Position numbers and translations under genes: made by a program. A stretch of DNA of 63,489 nt, filler included, from Lenisia limosa (taxonomy: Eukaryota; Protista; Breviatea): the NCBI GenBank assembly GCA_001655205.1. It is 13 parts of 13 records of this genome, joined end to end, with 100 filler letters (N's around TTAATTAATTAA, not from the genome) between each part and the next. Parts side by side here need not be neighbours in the genome. Positions count along the whole stretch, not along the records: positions 59,332 to 62,381 come from LPNZ01003375.1; positions 62,482 to 63,489 come from LPNZ01000507.1; 11 more parts are not named here. One strand, given 5' to 3'. Below, one piece after another: positions 59,704 through 63,489 of this stretch (position 1 is the first letter of the stretch; the number at the start of each line of letters is the position of its first letter). The notes beneath the pieces are model-generated. The model ran no database searches, was not told the origin of the DNA, and saw only the letters and a program-made list of their open reading frames with translations.

Positions 59704-62066
59704 TCAACCAGCAGGTTTGACACTGGGGAGGAGAGCAGAACTGAGGGGTTCCATCCAAGCTCGCTGGAGGGTTAGAATGGCTAAATGCGCCGAATAAGTC
59801 ACTATCACCAAAATATATTCACTGTCATCAGGTCCAACAAAGACCCCACTCCCCCACATGAAATACGCAGCACTAGTCACGACTGTCGGAGCAATGTCAC
59901 GGGTACAAGCTCGGGTCACCATTGAGGCCTGCGACTCGCCCCATCTGTGGGGTGAAATCCAACATTCCTTCTTATTCACTTCAGTTTATAGAAGAGTTTA
60001 AAAGACATTGTGCTATTTTATTGGCATTTTGGGTACAAAAGTGAATCTCCGTTTGTTTTTATACGCCCCCCTCCCCCCACGTGTTGGATGCAGTAACGTA
60101 GAAGCGGTACGGCCTGCCTGGCTTCAAATCCAGCGCCTCGCACTCCAAAGTGTGGATACGCTGAGGGGGGTGGGGGGTTAGAATTCGGTGATTCGGTGCT
60201 GGAAAAGTAAGCAACAAATGATTGTATGTATAAATCTGGTCACAGTATTCTATTATTATAACGGTTGGAACTGGTTAAAGCTGTCAAATACTGGTTCGAT
60301 CAAAACACTGGAATAAATAATTAAGCAGCGATTAAAATATTAACATAAACAGCCCAATGAACAGGCTGGCTATACATGTCCCCCCCCCCCCCCCCCCCCC
60401 CCCNNNNNNNNNNACAAAAGCTCTTGGTCTTTTGGGGAAACTTGTTAGTGATCTTCCAAATACTTCTCCCCATACCTTTTCGAGATAGTCGAATTGACCT
60501 TTCTGACATTTAGTGTGTCTCGCCCCTTGTCCCGTCATCAGTCTACTGCTTCAGGATCAGGTGGTTGGGGGTTTCATGTTTTGGAGGGTTTGAAATATTT
60601 ATATTCTTCCAGAATTCTATCTCTACGTAGTTAAATACATATTCGTTAGTTCAATGTTTAAAACTATTGCTACATTATTATTATAAGCGCCCTCCCCATA
60701 TACCCCGTATTGACACCTTTATCACCACACAGGTCCGCCACTGGAACGCCTAGTGCCGCAGTGGCCGCCGCAACACTTCCGTCCGGCACCCCTCTCCCCA
60801 CAGCTGCACCACGTATCCTTCCGGAGTCCAAATTCTGTCGATTCAAGTGGCAAATCAGTTGGGGGGGGGGGGGAGGGNNNNNNNNNNTAAGAATTGCAGC
60901 CGTTTTAACTGTGCGGTCGTCTTCAATCTGTAGGTGTTAACGTAGGGCTAAAATGCATTAGAAGTTCCATACTCTCTGGCAAGGGTACCATACCCCCTCC
61001 TCCAACCACAATAGCGTTGTCGTTCTTCTTCTTCTTGCGTTTTTTGGTGCCCTCATCGTCATCTTGAACTACCTGTTCATTGGTTATGTCTTTCAGAAAA
61101 CTTTGACTAAAAACGCCTTTTAAATGTCCATCAAAAAGGATTAGCTCTTTTCTCAATAAAAGCGGTAGAGTTAACATAATGAAACAGCTTTTAACCGATC
61201 GACCCTATTTGAAGCGAACCTCAATGGTGTCACCGTCGTGGTCCGTTATAAACGTTTCAGCGTCTGCAAGAGCCTGAAGAGTAAAGCGAACGAGAAAATA
61301 AAAACAATTATCACATCAACTCTTCAAGCAGGTCGGAGGTGAATGGGGAAGTAATATCAGGGGGGGTCATAAGGGGACTAAAAAGAACGGCGATAAATAT
61401 GACAAGTTCACGAACCTTGTAAAATTAAATACTCCCAGCCACAGTGCTAATGTTACCCAGCTGACCTGTTCAACACACATGGACTTTTGCGAGTTTTCAA
61501 GGATACTGTTAGTGGCCGAAAAGGTGCTGATGCTAGGGTGTCAGCGATGGAATATCGAAACGTTCATATGGCAGGCACGGAAAAAGCCCAACTTATACAG
61601 GGCTCCACTTCGGTCCACAAGGATAACCCATCATATCACAGGTCAGTGAGGACCGGTCCACAAGGATAACCCATTATATCACAGGTCAGTGAGGACCAAA
61701 GTGAAGCGAAATATCAGTAGCATACTTATCAGTTCCCGAGGCCAATGTGAAAGAGTCGTCGTCAAGCAGCCCGTTGTCCACCTGCGGGTTAGCGGCGATT
61801 TATGCGGGAATCCAGATACGCATTTTTTGTCAAGGATTACATAGTATGCTATATCAGGAAAAGTCGGTAATATTTANNNNNNNNNNNNNNNNNNNNNNNN
61901 NNNNNNNNNNNNNNNNNNNNNNNNNNNNNNNNNNNNNNNNNNNNNNNNNNNNNNNNNNNNNNNNNNNNNNNNNNNNNNNNNTGATCATCGGCAGTCCATC
62001 TCAGCTTCACAGTTGTTGGCGTACACACTTCCACCACTGGCTTTTTAGGCGCTCTGGGCGGGCCTG
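59704..62066 (-). CDS. Fibronectin type III domain protein (fragment)
   Basis: GPPRAPKKPVVEVCTPTTVKLRW (FN3 strands A-B) and spliced LECEALDLKPGRPYRFYVTASNT-WGESQAS (FN3 strands E-G). Confidence 0.75.
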
Positions 62067-62549
62067 AGGGGAGGTATTACTTTTCAAATAAGAAGCATCC
62101 AGTGGTATCATATTGTATATCACACAAAACAAAACAAGATCAACACACCAAGAAATAATCAAATAAACGAATGGCAATTCCAGAGGATCCCCCCCCCACC
62201 CTGGGTTCTAGCAGGCACATCGTAGTGTACAATGTCTGATGTTCCAAAGCAATTAGACGCCTCAACCTAGTGCACGTAAGATTTGGGCTATAAGCGGATT
62301 CGATGAATATGGAGAACAAATTACAACCCCTTGCTCATGGCATGAAAGAACAAAATACAACCCCTTGCTCATGGCATGAAANNNNNNNNNNNNNNNNNNN
62401 NNNNNNNNNNNNNNNNNNNNNNNNNTTAATTAATTAANNNNNNNNNNNNNNNNNNNNNNNNNNNNNNNNNNNNNNNNNNNNACTCTGAAAAGGCGTTCAA
62501 TTGATCCTGGTGCTCCCCCCCCCCACAAATACACAAACACATGACCCAC

Positions 62550-63489
62550 TCTGATGGTCTTGCTGAACTCTTCGTTTTTGATTTTCATATCTTCAATAGG
62601 GTCGAGGAGGGGAATTCCATCCGGAAACCGACGAGCCACTTCGCCAACGTTCCGTCCGAGGGTCTGGAATGTAAATAATGTAATGATTGCAGGTCTAAAA
62701 TGTAAATAGTGTAATGATTGAAGTTGTGAAATGTAAATAGTGAAATGAATGCTGGTCTGAAATGTAAATAAGGTTATTGTCGTTGGTCAATGATGTCTGT
62801 TCTGTACTCATGTATTCAAACGGAAAGATACGTATTATTATCTGCAAGAATGCGACATAAGAGACAAATAAGCAGAAGAGACAAATAAGGAGACAGAAAG
62901 AATAAATAAGATGAAGGCTGTAAAAACAAGAAGTGACTGAACAAAGAAGAAGAAGGGTGAGTGAACAAGAAGAAGGGTGAATGAACAAGTAAGGAGAAGG
63001 AGAAGAGAAAGAAAAAAAAAGAAGGAAAAGAAGGAAAAGAAGGAAAAGAAGGAAAAGAAGGAAAAGAAGGAAAAGAAGGAAAGAAGGAAAGAAGGAAAAG
63101 AAGGAAAAGTAGAAGGAGCCCGAACAAACCTGTCTATTCTCGTTCCGTCTGAGGTCGTTGGGAACATTAAGGCGCACTGAGGAGATTTTCTCCAAAAGAG
63201 GGAGTAACATCGGGACAACCTGAACAGTAAAATGTCTTGAAGTAGGCTTCCCTACGATCCACCACCACACCCCTATATCATACCTCCAAGTGTAATCCCA
63301 TCATGGTAACCCCTTTATCATCCCATCATACGCATCTCATCACACCTCGCGATAGCATCTCAACATACTCAATAACACACCAACATATATTAACCCCATC
63401 ATACCTCCCAGCTAGAAGGCTCATCCCGAGCGGCCGGCCTAGGCACGCCGGTCTGATTGGCAGCCACCTTGATGATGACGTCTATCACA
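62550..63489 (-). CDS. MTR4: Exosome RNA helicase MTR4, KOW/arch exons; truncated at linker 62426
   Basis: VVPMLLPLLEKISSVRLNVPNDLRRNENRQ-TLGRNVGEVARRFPDGIPLLDPIEDMKIKNEEF matches Mtr4 'ISSVRLYIPKDLR...KRFPDGIPLLDPIDDMGI'. Confidence 0.92.
63005..63110. repeat. (GAAAAGAAG)n purine microsatellite in an MTR4 intron
   Basis: 9-bp unit repeated; it explains the low-complexity ORFs at 62695-63270. Confidence 0.9.

Noticed and set aside
62695-63270. Long Phe/Leu/Ser-rich or Lys/Glu-rich ORFs
   Set aside because: They arise from the GAAAAGAAG microsatellite inside an MTR4 intron.

Overview
Eukaryotic (probably protist; taxon not determinable from this window) draft-assembly DNA. It is AT-rich and intron-dense, with GT-AG introns of about 50-700 nt, CTAAC-like branch points and short exons, so the ORF track catches only fragments. 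Twelve N-runs carry an artificial TTAATTAATTAA linker, and several genes break off at these joins, so gene order across them is unreliable. Genes recovered by splicing exons by eye: FAN1 nuclease (N-terminal/SAP part), a RecQ helicase (N-terminus to Walker A), a complete METTL4-type MT-A70 methyltransferase, a TAF9-like histone-fold protein, the CNOT1 C-terminus, a FYV7/CCDC59-like protein, a multi-ankyrin protein, a DUF547 protein, an FN3-domain protein, part of MTR4, and several unassigned genes. Introns hold three palindromic MITE families (about 30 copies of the main one) and two non-palindromic dispersed repeats. The most unusual items are: (1) a gene encoding a histone-H3-like N-terminal tail (MARTKMIARKS) on an apparently histone-fold-less disordered protein, head-to-head with METTL4; (2) a repeat whose end coincides with 3' splice sites; (3) introns with G-run starts and complementary C-run ends; (4) CpG-decay signatures in the MITEs.
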